Source: Bryobacteraceae bacterium
GTDB lineage: Bacteria; Acidobacteriota; Terriglobia; Bryobacterales; Bryobacteraceae
Length of the DNA stretch: 64,000 bases
NCBI GenBank assembly: GCA_035630195.1
Contig: DASQLD010000221.1
Span: forward strand, 9,528-73,527
Direction of reading: 5' to 3'
The number at the start of each line of letters is the position of its first letter. Position 1 is the first letter of the stretch. A program made the position numbers and the translations under genes. This document shows, piece after piece, positions 29,514 to 40,369 of this stretch. The notes beneath the pieces are model-generated. The model saw only the letters and a program-made list of their open reading frames with translations. It was not told where the DNA came from and did not search any database.

Positions 29514-30416
29514 CTATTCGGTGATGTACTGCTCTTTCACCGGATTGAAGCCAATCACAACCGAAAGTTTTCCGAGGTGATCACAGATCCGCACGAGCAG
29601 GTGCATGAACTTGTCTTGGCCGGCCACGAACGCGAACGGTAACGCGGCGGTGTACACTGCAACGGCAATCGCCGATTTCGCGACGTCGCGTGGGCCGAAG
29701 TCGGGTGTCTGCGGTTCCATCGCTCCGCGCAGCAGCGCTCGTCGCAACATGAAGCTCCGCCGCCAGCGGATTGGGGGAACCACTTCATACGCCACGGCCT
29801 CGTTGCACCAGATGAAGACGAATCCTTTGTCGATGGCCCGATGAAAGAACTCCTGATCTTCACCAGTTCGGAACTCCGGCTTGAATGGCTGGATGCTGCC
29901 CTCGAACACTAGTCTGCGCAGGAGCACATTACCGGTTCTCCCCTTGCGCCAATCGATCACCAAGCCGGTTGGGTAAGTGGCGCGTTCATGAAACTTGCCG
30001 TTAATCACCCACCGTGGGGGCTCCTCGTCAAAGTGCGGCATCACCGGGCCGAGGACGCCGTCAACACCTCGGTCGGTACAGATCTGAAAGAGCGTCAATA
30101 GCCAGACAGCAATCGGGAATTCGTCGTCATCGATGAACGCAATGAAGTCGCCCTGGGCATTCGCAACGGCCCGATTCCGCGCGAGCGCGATATTCTGTTG
30201 CGGCTCGACGATGTAGGTGACGGGAATATCCGATTCGGCCGCAAATCGTGACACGACCGGTTGGGCCGAACGACTCTGATCGTTATCGACGATCACGGCG
30301 CTATAGTTGAACAGATCCTGCGTTTCCTGCGTCGCAAGACAATTCAACAAGCGTGCGAGCAGATCGGGCCGCTTGTAGGTACACACACAGACACTGATAT
30401 GCGGCACTTTCGTCAT
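29514..30416 (-). CDS. Family-2 glycosyltransferase
   Basis: ISVCVCTYKRPDLLARLLNCLATQ, VIVDNDQS, IAFIDDDEF (DXD). The track ORF extends to 30485, but Met24 (MTKVPHISV, 30416) avoids overlap with the upstream gene. Confidence 0.85.
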   Translation of the reverse strand: MTKVPHISVCVCTYKRPDLLARLLNCLATQETQDLFNYSAVIVDNDQSRSAQPVVSRFAAESDIPVTYIVEPQQNIALARNRAVANAQGDFIAFIDDDEFPIAVWLLTLFQICTDRGVDGVLGPVMPHFDEEPPRWVINGKFHERATYPTGLVIDWRKGRTGNVLLRRLVFEGSIQPFKPEFRTGEDQEFFHRAIDKGFVFIWCNEAVAYEVVPPIRWRRSFMLRRALLRGAMEPQTPDFGPRDVAKSAIAVAVYTAALPFAFVAGQDKFMHLLVRICDHLGKLSVVIGFNPVKEQYITE

Positions 30417-30438
30417 AATATTTGAATCTCGGTCGAGA

Positions 30439-31257
30439 TCAGGGGAACTGCGGTAGGCTCTGATGGCTATGAGGCCGCCGCTCACCGGTCAGTTCGTATC
30501 GGGATGCAATGGGCACGTTGTCCTGAATCCACCCGGGAACGGTGGTCAGGAGAAACTGACGCTCAGCGGCCTTGACGGGGTGGGTCTCAAGCTCGATCGT
30601 GTGCTGACGTGCGAGCGCGATGATCCGGTCAATCCTGACCACCGGCTCCATCGGGGGAAGTGAAAACAGGAAATCGGTCAGCGTGTGCCGCCGTGCCAGT
30701 TTGTTGTCGAGATGGCGTCGGTAAAGCCGGTTGGCGAAGGTCTTCTCGCCCGCGATAAAAGAAAAGTTTCGCCGGATAAGCGTGCCTGTTGGCAGAAGCT
30801 GTTTCCGAGTCACATTCGCACAGAGGTGCATGTGATGGTGACCATCGAGCCGTCGCGGCGCCGACCGATACAGCCGTGCGTACTCTTCACACTGCGCCCG
30901 TACGACGTATTCGAATGAACTAACGAGGCCTGGGTGGAAGAATACCTGAGCCAGCCGCCAGCTGCGCAAATACGCCGATATTCGTCGGTGGTGCTCAAGG
31001 AGGGCGTTCGGAACACGCGAGGCGGAAAACGGCGTGGTGAAGTTCAGGTGCAAGCCGGCGTCGATGCCACGCATGAGGGCGATCTCCGCGGCACGCGCAG
31101 AGTCTTCCATGAACACCATAGCACTCACAGATGATATGGCGTGCTCGCTGAGACACTCGAGCATACTATCGGTCGTCTCCGTATCGCGGCCCCAATCGTC
31201 GGCATTCACGATCAGGAGTCCGCGTCTCGTCGCCGGATTTGTTGGGATCGTGTTCAT
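30439..31257 (-). CDS. ChbG/YdjC-family carbohydrate deacetylase
   Basis: LLIVNADDWGRDTETTDSMLECLSEHAISSVSAMV; GLHLNFT; LDGHHHMH. Confidence 0.8.
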   Translation of the reverse strand: MNTIPTNPATRRGLLIVNADDWGRDTETTDSMLECLSEHAISSVSAMVFMEDSARAAEIALMRGIDAGLHLNFTTPFSASRVPNALLEHHRRISAYLRSWRLAQVFFHPGLVSSFEYVVRAQCEEYARLYRSAPRRLDGHHHMHLCANVTRKQLLPTGTLIRRNFSFIAGEKTFANRLYRRHLDNKLARRHTLTDFLFSLPPMEPVVRIDRIIALARQHTIELETHPVKAAERQFLLTTVPGWIQDNVPIASRYELTGERRPHSHQSLPQFP

Positions 31258-32168
31258 GCCGATGTAGCGAGTCGCGGTTGACGGGAACTGTCACGGGTGA
31301 AGAAGCGTTTCAAGCGTGCCATCTGTTCACGGCGTTGAAACGCGACCAGCTCTGTTGAAACGGGCCGCTCCATTCGGCGGATCAGCGCCCAGAAGTAGCC
31401 CAGCGCCACCATCAGGCCGCCGACGACAAGCGGCTTCCTAGTCATCTGATAAACAGCGCGGAACAGCTCCCACATCGGGTGATTGCCGATGGCGTAATCT
31501 TTGGTGCCATTCTTGAATCGTGCTGTAATCGCACCGACTTGCGCTGTTCCCATCGTGCGATGATGCTTACACACCTTTTCCGGGAATGTGCGCGTCTTCC
31601 AACCCGCCATCCGTGCCGAAAGGACTGCGATGTGGTCGATGCAGCCGCCCTTCACCGGCACATAACCGCCGATCTGCTCAAAGCACTGCCGCCGGAATAG
31701 TTGGCACGCGCCGGAGACATGCTCGATATTGGTGAAGCGGTAATCGTACGTTCGGTTCTCTTCCTGAAACGGTGTTCCTACTAGGCCCAGTGCAGAGTCT
31801 GCGGCGAGTTTTCCGAGCAGGAACGCAAAATACTCCGGGTCGAAAGAGATATCCGCGTCGAGGCTGCCGATCACGTCATACGCGGCGCTCGAGACGCATG
31901 CGTATCCGGCATTGAACGCGTGCACCTTGCCGGCGAAATGCCGCTCCGCGCGCTCGGTCATGCGCACGAGTTCAATCCACGCGTGCCGAGCAGCGAACTC
32001 CCGCAAGATGTCGTCTGTCCCGTCAGTCGAGCCATCGCTGACGATGACCCACTTTTCGGGCTTTACCATCTGACTCACGACCGATTCGAGGGTCAGCCGG
32101 ATAAACTGAGCCTCGTTCCGGGCCGGAGTGATCAGGACGTATTTCGGCAGGGATGGGGGGGAGATCAT
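31254..32168 (-). CDS. Family-2 glycosyltransferase with a C-terminal TM region
   Basis: YVLITPARNEAQFI, VIVSDGSTDGTDDIL, GSLDADISF (DXD). 4-nt overlaps on both sides. Confidence 0.85.
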   Translation of the reverse strand: MISPPSLPKYVLITPARNEAQFIRLTLESVVSQMVKPEKWVIVSDGSTDGTDDILREFAARHAWIELVRMTERAERHFAGKVHAFNAGYACVSSAAYDVIGSLDADISFDPEYFAFLLGKLAADSALGLVGTPFQEENRTYDYRFTNIEHVSGACQLFRRQCFEQIGGYVPVKGGCIDHIAVLSARMAGWKTRTFPEKVCKHHRTMGTAQVGAITARFKNGTKDYAIGNHPMWELFRAVYQMTRKPLVVGGLMVALGYFWALIRRMERPVSTELVAFQRREQMARLKRFFTRDSSRQPRLATSA

Positions 32169-33307
32169 GCCTGGGCAGAGACAAACGAAACCGCCTCATC
32201 GGCGGCATCGGTCACGAAGGCTCGGACAGCGTCGGCAACATATCGCACCTGCTCGTCTGTAAGCTCCGGATAAATTGGTAGTGCGAGCGTTTCGTTTGCA
32301 GCGCGCTCGCTTTCCGGGAAGGCGCCCGCCATGTATTTGAGGTGAGCGAAACATTCCTGCAAGTGCATCGGCACCGGGTAATATACCTCCGTGATGATCC
32401 CTTTGTTTTTCAAATACGCCTGTAAGAGGTCCCGCCGCGAAACTCGGATGACATATTGGTTGAAAATGTGGCGCTCTCTCACAATAGCTGGCCGCTGAAT
32501 ATGCGGGCAGTGATGAAAATGCATATCATACTGGTGCGCGTTGTTCTGACGCGCTGTTGTCCAGTCGTCGAGGTGGGGAAGTTTGGCGAGCACAACCGCA
32601 GCCTGAATGCTGTCGAGACGAAAATTGCCACCGATGACTCGGTGATAGTACTTCGGCTTTGAACCGTGACTCCGGAGGGAACGCAGTTTTTCCGCGCGTT
32701 GTCTGTCACTTGTAACGATCATCCCACCATCACCTGCTGCGCCCAAGTTCTTTGAAGGGAAGAATGAGAAGCAGCCGTAATGACCGATTGAGCCCGCACG
32801 GCGTTCCTTGTATTCGCTACCAATCGCCTGCGCCGCGTCTTCAATGACCGTCAATCCGTGTTTGTTTGCGACCCTCATGATCGGGTCCATATCTGACATC
32901 TGACCATACAAGTGCACGGGGATAATAGCGCGGGTCTTCTTTGTTACATATGCCTCGATGGAGTCGGCGACCATGTTGTAGGTAACTGGATCGATATCAA
33001 CAAACACGGGCGTTGCGCCAACCCGAGCAATCGCGCCAACTGTTGCAAAGAACGTGTACGGCGTCGTGATAACTTCATCACCTGGACCAATGTTCTCCGC
33101 CATGAGACAAGCTAGCAATGCATCGGTTCCCGACGACACCCCGATGCCGTAAGCACAGTCGGAGTATGCCGCCACTGCCTCTTCACACTGGGTCACCTTT
33201 GGCCCTAGGATGAACTGCTGCGACGCCAAGACCTCTATTACTGCCGCTTCCACGTCGGCTTGGATGGATTGATACTGCGCCTTAAGATCCAATAGCGGTA
33301 TATGCAT
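32165..33307 (-). CDS. DegT/DnrJ/EryC1/StrS-family PLP sugar aminotransferase (WbpE/GnnB-like)
   Basis: [48 protein letters not shown] (PLP lysine region). Confidence 0.85.
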   Translation of the reverse strand: MHIPLLDLKAQYQSIQADVEAAVIEVLASQQFILGPKVTQCEEAVAAYSDCAYGIGVSSGTDALLACLMAENIGPGDEVITTPYTFFATVGAIARVGATPVFVDIDPVTYNMVADSIEAYVTKKTRAIIPVHLYGQMSDMDPIMRVANKHGLTVIEDAAQAIGSEYKERRAGSIGHYGCFSFFPSKNLGAAGDGGMIVTSDRQRAEKLRSLRSHGSKPKYYHRVIGGNFRLDSIQAAVVLAKLPHLDDWTTARQNNAHQYDMHFHHCPHIQRPAIVRERHIFNQYVIRVSRRDLLQAYLKNKGIITEVYYPVPMHLQECFAHLKYMAGAFPESERAANETLALPIYPELTDEQVRYVADAVRAFVTDAADEAVSFVSAQA

Positions 33308-34988
33308 GCCTTTCCTCTTTCTTGAATTCTCGATACGATTGCGTGCCGATAGTCAGTTCGGCTGGTAGTGGCGATTCTTCATCGAGGTCGATACAGCGAA
33401 GAATGCCGGGCTCCACTTCCTTGTATCGGTACCCGCTCTCGGGGCACCGCATGATACCGTTCTCATCCGCTGAGCCCAAACGGTGACCATGACGGCTCAT
33501 CCATCCGACTTGACGTCCGGGATTGCCCATGATCAGCGCAAAATCTGGAACGTCTTTTGTTATCACCGAGCCCGCAGCAGCGAAGGCATAACGGCCCACA
33601 GTAATTCCACAAACCACCGTCGCATTGGCGCCAATGGTCGCTCCGCGTTTCAGCCGCGTCGTCTGATAGAGCGAATGCCGCTTCACCTGGGAGCGCGGGT
33701 TGGAAACGTTCGTCAGAACGCAGGATGGACCAAGAAAGACATCGTCTTCAACGACGACGCCCGTATACACTGAAACATTGTTCTGAATCTTGACGTTGTT
33801 GCCGATCGTCACGCCGCCGTCGATATTGACGTTCTGTCCGATGATGCAAGACTTGCCGATCTGTGCCCCCTTCATGATGTGAGAGAAGTGCCAGATTTTT
33901 GTCCCGGCCCCGACCTCGGCTCCGTCGTCGAGATATGCGGATTTGTGTACGAACGGCTGATCTTTTGGTTCAGGCGCTGCATTTGGGGGACCCAAGATGA
34001 TGGTTCCCTGATCCATCGCTCGATGGCAGGCATCCAAGATCCGCAAAACATCGAGGCCTTCACGGCCGCTGGTGACCGGAACACGCCGAGATTCGACGCA
34101 CTCGAGGAAATGCGCGCACTCAGCCCTCAGCGGCTCGCCACTTTCAATGTCGACAATCTCGCCCTCGGCTTTAATCGCCGTCGGCAGCCGGTTTTCCCAC
34201 TTCACGCGGTGTGGATACAGAATCAGCTTGTGAGCAGCCGTGTCTTCAAACACCGCCATCTTCTCGGAGCCGACAACCACCAGCCGTTGCTCCTTGAACG
34301 GGTGGAGCCAGCTTACGAATATGTGTGCCTGTGCCCCGCTGGCAAAGTCGAAATGACTCAGTGTGACATCGGCTACGTCTCGGCTCAGGTAGGCCCCACC
34401 CTCACATGACACACGAACGGGCATTTCGTTGAGCAGCGCGAGCATAACCGAGATGTCATGCGGCGCGAAGCTCCAAAGAATATTTTCCTCGGTGCGTATT
34501 TTGCCGATATTCAGACGATTGGAGTACAAGTAGTTGATCTTGCCGAGTGCACCACTACGAATCAGCTCCTGAAGCTTGAGGATTGCCGGATGGTAGCGCA
34601 GAATATGGCCGACCATCAGGACCCGGTGATTTGCCTCAGCCAGTTTAACCAGCTCCTGACCGTGGCGCACGTCCACAGCTAAGGGCTTCTCAACAAGAAC
34701 ATCTTTGCCGGCATTCAGCGCTGCCTTGGCAAAATCATAGTGAGTAACTGCCGGCGTAGCTAAAGCCACTGCCGTGATGACAGGGTCAGCAAGAACATCC
34801 TTTAGCTCGCGGTAGAACGTAACACCCGCATGATCGTTTTTGTATTTTGCGGCGACACACTCCTGCACATCGCAGAGTGCGCCGAGCGCGCCGAGATCGT
34901 TAAAAGTGCGGACCAGGTTTTTACCCCAGTAGCCGACCCCAACCACAGCGACCTTGACCGCAGTGTTATTCAATAAAGTACGTTCCAT
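33282..34988 (-). CDS. Fusion protein: N-terminal Gfo/Idh/MocA sugar oxidoreductase (WbpB/GnnA-like) plus C-terminal left-handed beta-helix N-acetyltransferase (WbpD-like)
   Basis: Rossmann [28 protein letters not shown]-terminal hexapeptide repeats [57 protein letters not shown]...[14 protein letters not shown]. 26-nt overlap with the aminotransferase. Confidence 0.8.
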   Translation of the reverse strand: MERTLLNNTAVKVAVVGVGYWGKNLVRTFNDLGALGALCDVQECVAAKYKNDHAGVTFYRELKDVLADPVITAVALATPAVTHYDFAKAALNAGKDVLVEKPLAVDVRHGQELVKLAEANHRVLMVGHILRYHPAILKLQELIRSGALGKINYLYSNRLNIGKIRTEENILWSFAPHDISVMLALLNEMPVRVSCEGGAYLSRDVADVTLSHFDFASGAQAHIFVSWLHPFKEQRLVVVGSEKMAVFEDTAAHKLILYPHRVKWENRLPTAIKAEGEIVDIESGEPLRAECAHFLECVESRRVPVTSGREGLDVLRILDACHRAMDQGTIILGPPNAAPEPKDQPFVHKSAYLDDGAEVGAGTKIWHFSHIMKGAQIGKSCIIGQNVNIDGGVTIGNNVKIQNNVSVYTGVVVEDDVFLGPSCVLTNVSNPRSQVKRHSLYQTTRLKRGATIGANATVVCGITVGRYAFAAAGSVITKDVPDFALIMGNPGRQVGWMSRHGHRLGSADENGIMRCPESGYRYKEVEPGILRCIDLDEESPLPAELTIGTQSYREFKKEERHAYTAIGS

Positions 34989-35073
34989 AAACTTGTTTCA
35001 CCCCTCGGGTACGTTCCTGTGAGCCGGGCTCGCACAAAAGCCTAAACACGGCAACTTATCCACGGCGAATCTG

Positions 35074-36267
35074 TTATGCATGGTTATCAAAAAGATGTGC
35101 TGCCAGACGCGCCATCGAGTTATCGATATTGAAGTGTTGACAAACCCGTGCGCGTGCGGCGTCGGCCATTCGAAGCCGCACCGACGGATGCTCCAGCATG
35201 AACAGAATGGCTCTTGCAACAGCATCTGGCGATTGCGGCGGGACCACGATCCCGGTTTCGCCATCCATAACAGCTTCGCTGTTTCCGCTGACATTGGTCA
35301 CGATACAAGGAAGGCCGCATGCCATAGCCTCAAGTATTGAAAGGGGTAACCCTTCGGTGTCTGATGTCAAGACAAACACGTCACTGGCTTGCAGATAAGG
35401 TCGAATGTCGGCGTGAAATCCTTCGAATGACACATGTGTGGTAATGCGCAATGCAGCAGCTTGGCGGCTTAACACTATCTGCAGGTCGCCATCACCTACG
35501 ATGAGGCATAGGAAGTCCCGCCGACTGTCGAGCACCTTCGCAATCGCCTCGAGCAGAACGTCGACCCGCTTCTGCTGGACCAGGCTCGCAACACAGATCA
35601 GGCATACGGTTCCATCCGAAATCCCCAAGCGCAGTCGAAGGTCCACGCGAGTTGCGGCGTCTGGATGAAATGTCCATGAGGAAACTCCATTGCGAACCGT
35701 GTGCGTTCTCGCGGACGAATACATGCAATGCTCAATCAGCGTTTGGCGAATGAACTCGCTGACGCAGATTGTTTCTGTGCAAAACAGACCTAGACGCCGG
35801 TGGCTTAGTGCGTACTGCAAGCGGGCCAGAGGGCCATTGTTCGAGGCGGGCAGCACAGTCGGAGGTAGGTGCGCGATCACATACCGCTTTCTGATTCCCG
35901 CAAGCCACGCTGCTGTGAGCGCGTACCAGGGGAAGCACCACGTCCAGGACTTCACCAGCACCACAATGTCCGGGCGCCTGGATCGAAAGAGTCGAATCCA
36001 GTCACGAAATGTGTTCACGCTAGGGACGCACTCGACTCGAATTCGCGACTTCTGATCGGGCGTCAATCGCTCGGAGAAAACATCCTCGCCTGTGCAGACA
36101 ACCGAAAGCCGGATGTGGCGAGTGCTGTCCAATCTTCCGATCAGGTCGACAAGATGCTTTTCAGTCCCACCATATTTCGGGCTGGCTGCAACAAACAAGA
36201 TTTCGCGATCGAGCATGGATGGTTTATCCGTGCTGCGTTCGTACGATATGAACTCAGCGAGACGCAT
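35074..36267 (-). CDS. Family-4 glycosyltransferase (GT-B)
   Basis: LFVAASPKYGGTEKHLVDL, TSDTEGLPLSILEAMACGLPCIVTNVSGNSEAV (EX7E region). An alternative start is at Met18. Confidence 0.85.
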   Translation of the reverse strand: MRLAEFISYERSTDKPSMLDREILFVAASPKYGGTEKHLVDLIGRLDSTRHIRLSVVCTGEDVFSERLTPDQKSRIRVECVPSVNTFRDWIRLFRSRRPDIVVLVKSWTWCFPWYALTAAWLAGIRKRYVIAHLPPTVLPASNNGPLARLQYALSHRRLGLFCTETICVSEFIRQTLIEHCMYSSARTHTVRNGVSSWTFHPDAATRVDLRLRLGISDGTVCLICVASLVQQKRVDVLLEAIAKVLDSRRDFLCLIVGDGDLQIVLSRQAAALRITTHVSFEGFHADIRPYLQASDVFVLTSDTEGLPLSILEAMACGLPCIVTNVSGNSEAVMDGETGIVVPPQSPDAVARAILFMLEHPSVRLRMADAARARVCQHFNIDNSMARLAAHLFDNHA

Positions 36268-36298
36268 TGAAATGCCGGACTGGAGGTGTTGGATAAAC

Positions 36299-37507
36299 CT
36301 ATACTGTTGCTGGTTGAGGCACAGGTAGGTATCGCCAGGAAAAGCGTCGATATCTCAAATACAGAGCTGCGCTTCGGAAAGCGTCTGCGGCGACGGCATA
36401 ATATGGCGAGGATTCATGCACTGCTCTATGAAATAATCCGGCTGCCTCTGCGGATACAGCCGGAAGAGAAAAGTTCTCGACTACAAACTGTCGCGCGAAC
36501 GCTCCAAGACCAGCGAACTGATCAGGGCGCTCAGCCAGCGCACGAATGTTTGAGACAAGTTCCGTGTTATCGCGACTACCTGTTCCGACACCATAAAAGC
36601 CTTTGTAATAAAACGAGGCTGCCGTTTGTGGAGTAAACGGTGCGGAGAAACCTTGCTCTCCCACCACGATAACGGGTTTGCCGAACGCCATTCCCCGTAA
36701 TGAGGATCCACCCATCCCCACAACGATGTCGGCCGCGGCGTATGCGGGTCGAGGATCAAGCATTGGTCCGGCAAAAATAATCGCGGGCCGCCCCAGTGCG
36801 CTGTTCACCTTATCGGCTATGTGTTCGAGTTGGGACCGGGCTGCACCGTCGCCAACAATAACAAACCGCAGCGGCAAATCACGCCCAAGCACACCGACAG
36901 CATGAATGGTTCGACGAAGACTTTCACCCTTTAACAACTCCGCGAGGCGGGAGACAGTTACAAGCGTGATATCGGTATCGGCTATGCCACAGCGTTCGCG
37001 GAACGGTCCAGGGTTAACTACCCCAGGCGCATTGAATTCTTCATCTACCGGCGGAAGCATGAGTTCGACGCAGCGTCCACCCATCGCTCTGGCTTTGTCA
37101 ACAAGCTCTGGCGTTCCATAGGTCGTGATCGGCCACTGTGGCAGATGATAGGGATTCTGCATCACCATAATCGTCGTCACGACGGGAATTCGCATGGGCA
37201 CGTGAACACCCCAGTACGCGTCGAAGCAGGCAAAGGGGTCCCATGCCCAGACAAGGTCCGGCCGTTCGCGTCGCACAACTTCCCGCAGGGCGAGCATCCG
37301 TGTTCGTGACGGATGATAGTAGGGAAAAGGCGCAGGCAAAAACGGTACCTGTTTTTGCTCGGCCAGCTTGAGCATTGGCCCAGGTCCCGCAAATAGTACG
37401 ACATCGTAACCATGGACCTTTCGAAGAACTCCTGCCAGCTCGATGGCATTGACAAGAGTGCCGCCAATTACAAGCTCGTCGAGAAATAGGAGTACCTTCA
37501 TGCCCAT
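36299..37507 (-). CDS. GT-B fold glycosyltransferase (family 4-like)
   Basis: MKVLLFLDELVIGGTLVNAIELA, GMGGSSLRGMAFGKPVIVVGEQG. Confidence 0.7.
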   Translation of the reverse strand: MGMKVLLFLDELVIGGTLVNAIELAGVLRKVHGYDVVLFAGPGPMLKLAEQKQVPFLPAPFPYYHPSRTRMLALREVVRRERPDLVWAWDPFACFDAYWGVHVPMRIPVVTTIMVMQNPYHLPQWPITTYGTPELVDKARAMGGRCVELMLPPVDEEFNAPGVVNPGPFRERCGIADTDITLVTVSRLAELLKGESLRRTIHAVGVLGRDLPLRFVIVGDGAARSQLEHIADKVNSALGRPAIIFAGPMLDPRPAYAAADIVVGMGGSSLRGMAFGKPVIVVGEQGFSAPFTPQTAASFYYKGFYGVGTGSRDNTELVSNIRALAERPDQFAGLGAFARQFVVENFSLPAVSAEAAGLFHRAVHESSPYYAVAADAFRSAALYLRYRRFSWRYLPVPQPATV

Positions 37508-37549
37508 GTTCCGTTGATTTAGTGGAGGTAACCGGAGATTCCTGTAATG

Positions 37550-39139
37550 CTAGTGCCCGGAACGGGTCGCGGTAAAGCGGACAGGAATGATACTCGCGAG
37601 AAGCCGGCGTACAACAGATGGAAGATGATCGGGGGAAATGACCGTGAAGAGAACTCGGACTGAATACCCGCAACTCAGAATCGCCGCTGCTCCGCCGATC
37701 AAAACGGCTAGGTAGAATGGTAAGAACTGAAGCGCCGAAAACACGACGGCGATCGTAAGGAGATATAACATTCCAATTTTTATATTGGTAGCGGACCAGC
37801 GAAATCCACTCAGGTGCCTCACGACGGGATAAATGACCAGCGCATGAAACACGTACGATCCAAAGAACCCTATACCTGCGCCATTCAGCCCGAACCACTC
37901 GAGACATAGTCGCGCCAGACCGATATGTACGGCCGTCCAGGCCAACTCGGTCCAAAAGAAATACGCTTGCGCACCTTTTGCAAGAACGATGAACCCGATT
38001 GGAAACGTGATCACCTGCAGCGTGGCTCCCAGGCAAATCCAGCGCAGTACGCCGACTGCGGCGCCAAATTCCGCCGCATAAAACACAGCGATAACCACCG
38101 GTGCCAGTGTTAACGTCAAGATGACACCTGGACCGGCTAACAGCAAGCTGATCAGCGTTTGCTCGTTTACGATCCTATTGCACTCGATGTTGTTCGTGGC
38201 CGCCGCGGTCAGACGTGGGTAAAAATCCGCTCCCATTGCCTGCAGAATGAGGCTCACGTAAAATCCACCCAGTGTCCAGGCTGACTGATAGTACCCGGTG
38301 GCTTCCAGCCCGAGACGATGAAATACACTCATTCGAATAACGTATGCGCTGGCCATGACCATAAAGCTGCTCGCCATGAACGCAAAGCCCAGCTTTAAGA
38401 GCACTGTGGCTTCCTGACGAACCTGGGTCGTGGTCATGGAGACCTGCTTTATTTGAACTCGCCGGCTGTACCACCACGAGGTGACAAGGGACATCCCAGC
38501 AACGGCAACGAGCGACGGCACAACCCCGCGTTCCCGAAACACATACACCAACAGAATCGTGAGAGCCGTTCCAAAGAGCGCCCCGAAGACGTTCATCTTG
38601 GCGAGATCGGCAACACGTCGCAGGCCCTGAATTAAGGCGCCTTGCCCGATGGAAATGAGACGAAAGAAGACGGCGGCAGAAAGAACCCACAGAGCGGTTG
38701 TATGCCGATAATTGCCGAACGTCAGGTTGGATATCGGTCCGGACAACAAAATCAGTCCGGCTGCACCGAGCAATCCCAAAATGAGTGCCACTCTTCGCAG
38801 CACGATGGCAGTTCGAGCGATGCGTTCCTCATCATTGGATCCTGTGGCCTCCGCAATCTGGCGGACACCGCTGCTGTTGATCCCAAAGCCGGCAATGCTT
38901 TCACCGAGATTGACAATTGATCCATACAAGCCGAACAGACCGAAACCGGATGGACCGAGTAACACGGCCATCGCCTTAGCTCGGACTACGCCAATCGCGA
39001 TATTCAACACGGAAGAGCCGCCGACCAGCGCCAGCGACTTCAGAATCTGTCCGTAAGTAGACCTCTCGGTGGTTAGCCGTGGAGTTTGTTGGTCAACACA
39101 CTCCAGAACTAACTCGGGATTGCAATCAGTAGATGACAT
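37550..39139 (-). CDS. Wzx-like oligosaccharide flippase (MOP/PST superfamily)
   Basis: About 12-14 TM segments. N-terminal ILKSLALVGGSSVLNIAIGVVRAKAMAVLLGPSGFGLFGLY is typical of polysaccharide biosynthesis (PST) proteins. Confidence 0.8.
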   Translation of the reverse strand: MSSTDCNPELVLECVDQQTPRLTTERSTYGQILKSLALVGGSSVLNIAIGVVRAKAMAVLLGPSGFGLFGLYGSIVNLGESIAGFGINSSGVRQIAEATGSNDEERIARTAIVLRRVALILGLLGAAGLILLSGPISNLTFGNYRHTTALWVLSAAVFFRLISIGQGALIQGLRRVADLAKMNVFGALFGTALTILLVYVFRERGVVPSLVAVAGMSLVTSWWYSRRVQIKQVSMTTTQVRQEATVLLKLGFAFMASSFMVMASAYVIRMSVFHRLGLEATGYYQSAWTLGGFYVSLILQAMGADFYPRLTAAATNNIECNRIVNEQTLISLLLAGPGVILTLTLAPVVIAVFYAAEFGAAVGVLRWICLGATLQVITFPIGFIVLAKGAQAYFFWTELAWTAVHIGLARLCLEWFGLNGAGIGFFGSYVFHALVIYPVVRHLSGFRWSATNIKIGMLYLLTIAVVFSALQFLPFYLAVLIGGAAAILSCGYSVRVLFTVISPDHLPSVVRRLLASIIPVRFTATRSGH

Positions 39140-39196
39140 GCCTCAGGACTCAAAGCTGCTTCGGGCTAGGGAAGAAGAAACTATTGGGCCCTGGTG

Positions 39197-40369
39197 TCAG
39201 TGTCGCCGCGCCGCTGCACTTTCGCCGATCTGCCTGATGCAGTCAATGACGTAATTCTGCTCCTCATTCGCCATCCCGTGGAAAAGGGGCAGAACTATCG
39301 CCGTATCCGTCACCCGATTTGTCACCGGCAGCTGGCTATCCCACTCCGTGCTCTGGTAAGGCAATTCCCGATGTATTGCCATGATGCCCCTCCGCGAGGA
39401 AACACCGCGATCGAGCAACTCCTGCATGAGATCATCCCGGCTAACCGGCGCATCGCCCGTGAGGCGAATCATGTAGGACTGAAAGTTCCGAAGGCTCTCG
39501 GGACATCCGCACGGAGTTGCTATCCACGGTATTGACGATAGCTCGGACGAGTATCGCTCGGCGAGCGCCCGCCTCCTTGCCAGCAGGTCATCCAGGCGCT
39601 TGAGTTGAACTAGGCCAACAGCAGCCTGCAAATCAGTCAGACGATAGTTATACCCAACTTCGTCATAGCTCTCGATCATGACTGTCGCGGAGCTATGGCG
39701 CGTTACATCGGACATACTCATTGCGTGTTGTCGGAGTTTGCGCAGGCGAGCGGCTAATCTCGTATCCGCCGTAGTTATCATCCCGCCCTCTCCGGCAGTC
39801 AGAATCTTTCTAGGATGGAAGCTGAAGCAAGCCATCAATGAGTGAGGTGCACCGATTCGGCGTCCTTTATATTCGGCGCCTATGGCACAGGCAGCGTCCT
39901 CGATGACGATCAAACCACGTCGGTTCGCGATCTCGTTGATTTCGTCTAGTGCAGCCGGTAACCCAATCTGGTGAACTACCAGAATCGCCTTCGTACGTGA
40001 GGTAATGGCACGTTCGATGCGGTTCGGATCCATATTGTAGGTTGCTTCGTCGATGTCAATGAAAACCGGAACTCCATCGGTATGAACAATTGCATTCGCC
40101 GTGGCGATGAATGACAGACTTGGGCACAAGACCTCGTCTCCCGACCTGATGCCGGCGGCGATGAGCGCTAGATGAAGCGCTGTCGTGCAGGACGAGACAG
40201 CTATCGCATGTGCCGCCCCGACGTACTCTGCAAACTTCGACTCGAACTCGGCAACCTTGGGTCCTTGTGTGACCCAGCCGCTCCTAAGAACGTCGATTAT
40301 CGCAGCTTCTTCAGCGGTACCAAAACTCGGACGGCTGACCGGAATCATTCTGGTAGCTACCGAATTCAT
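39197..40369 (-). CDS. DegT/DnrJ/EryC1/StrS-family PLP sugar aminotransferase (ArnB/4-aminotransferase-like)
   Basis: IPVSRPSFGTAEEAAIIDVLRSGWVTQGPKVAEFE, VSSCTTALHLAL, SFHPRKILTAGEGG. Confidence 0.85.
   Translation of the reverse strand: MNSVATRMIPVSRPSFGTAEEAAIIDVLRSGWVTQGPKVAEFESKFAEYVGAAHAIAVSSCTTALHLALIAAGIRSGDEVLCPSLSFIATANAIVHTDGVPVFIDIDEATYNMDPNRIERAITSRTKAILVVHQIGLPAALDEINEIANRRGLIVIEDAACAIGAEYKGRRIGAPHSLMACFSFHPRKILTAGEGGMITTADTRLAARLRKLRQHAMSMSDVTRHSSATVMIESYDEVGYNYRLTDLQAAVGLVQLKRLDDLLARRRALAERYSSELSSIPWIATPCGCPESLRNFQSYMIRLTGDAPVSRDDLMQELLDRGVSSRRGIMAIHRELPYQSTEWDSQLPVTNRVTDTAIVLPLFHGMANEEQNYVIDCIRQIGESAAARRH

Noticed and set aside
34989-35073. Possible stem-loop (gtgagccgggctcgcac) between the GT4 gene and the oxidoreductase fusion gene
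   Set aside because: The pairing is imperfect when written out and no U-run follows. It is not convincing as a terminator or attenuator.
37098-38036. 312-aa minus-strand ORF overlapping the flippase and the GT-B glycosyltransferase genes
   Set aside because: It lies in a different frame across two well-supported genes. It has an Arg/Ser/Cys-rich composition and no motifs. This is a typical shadow ORF.
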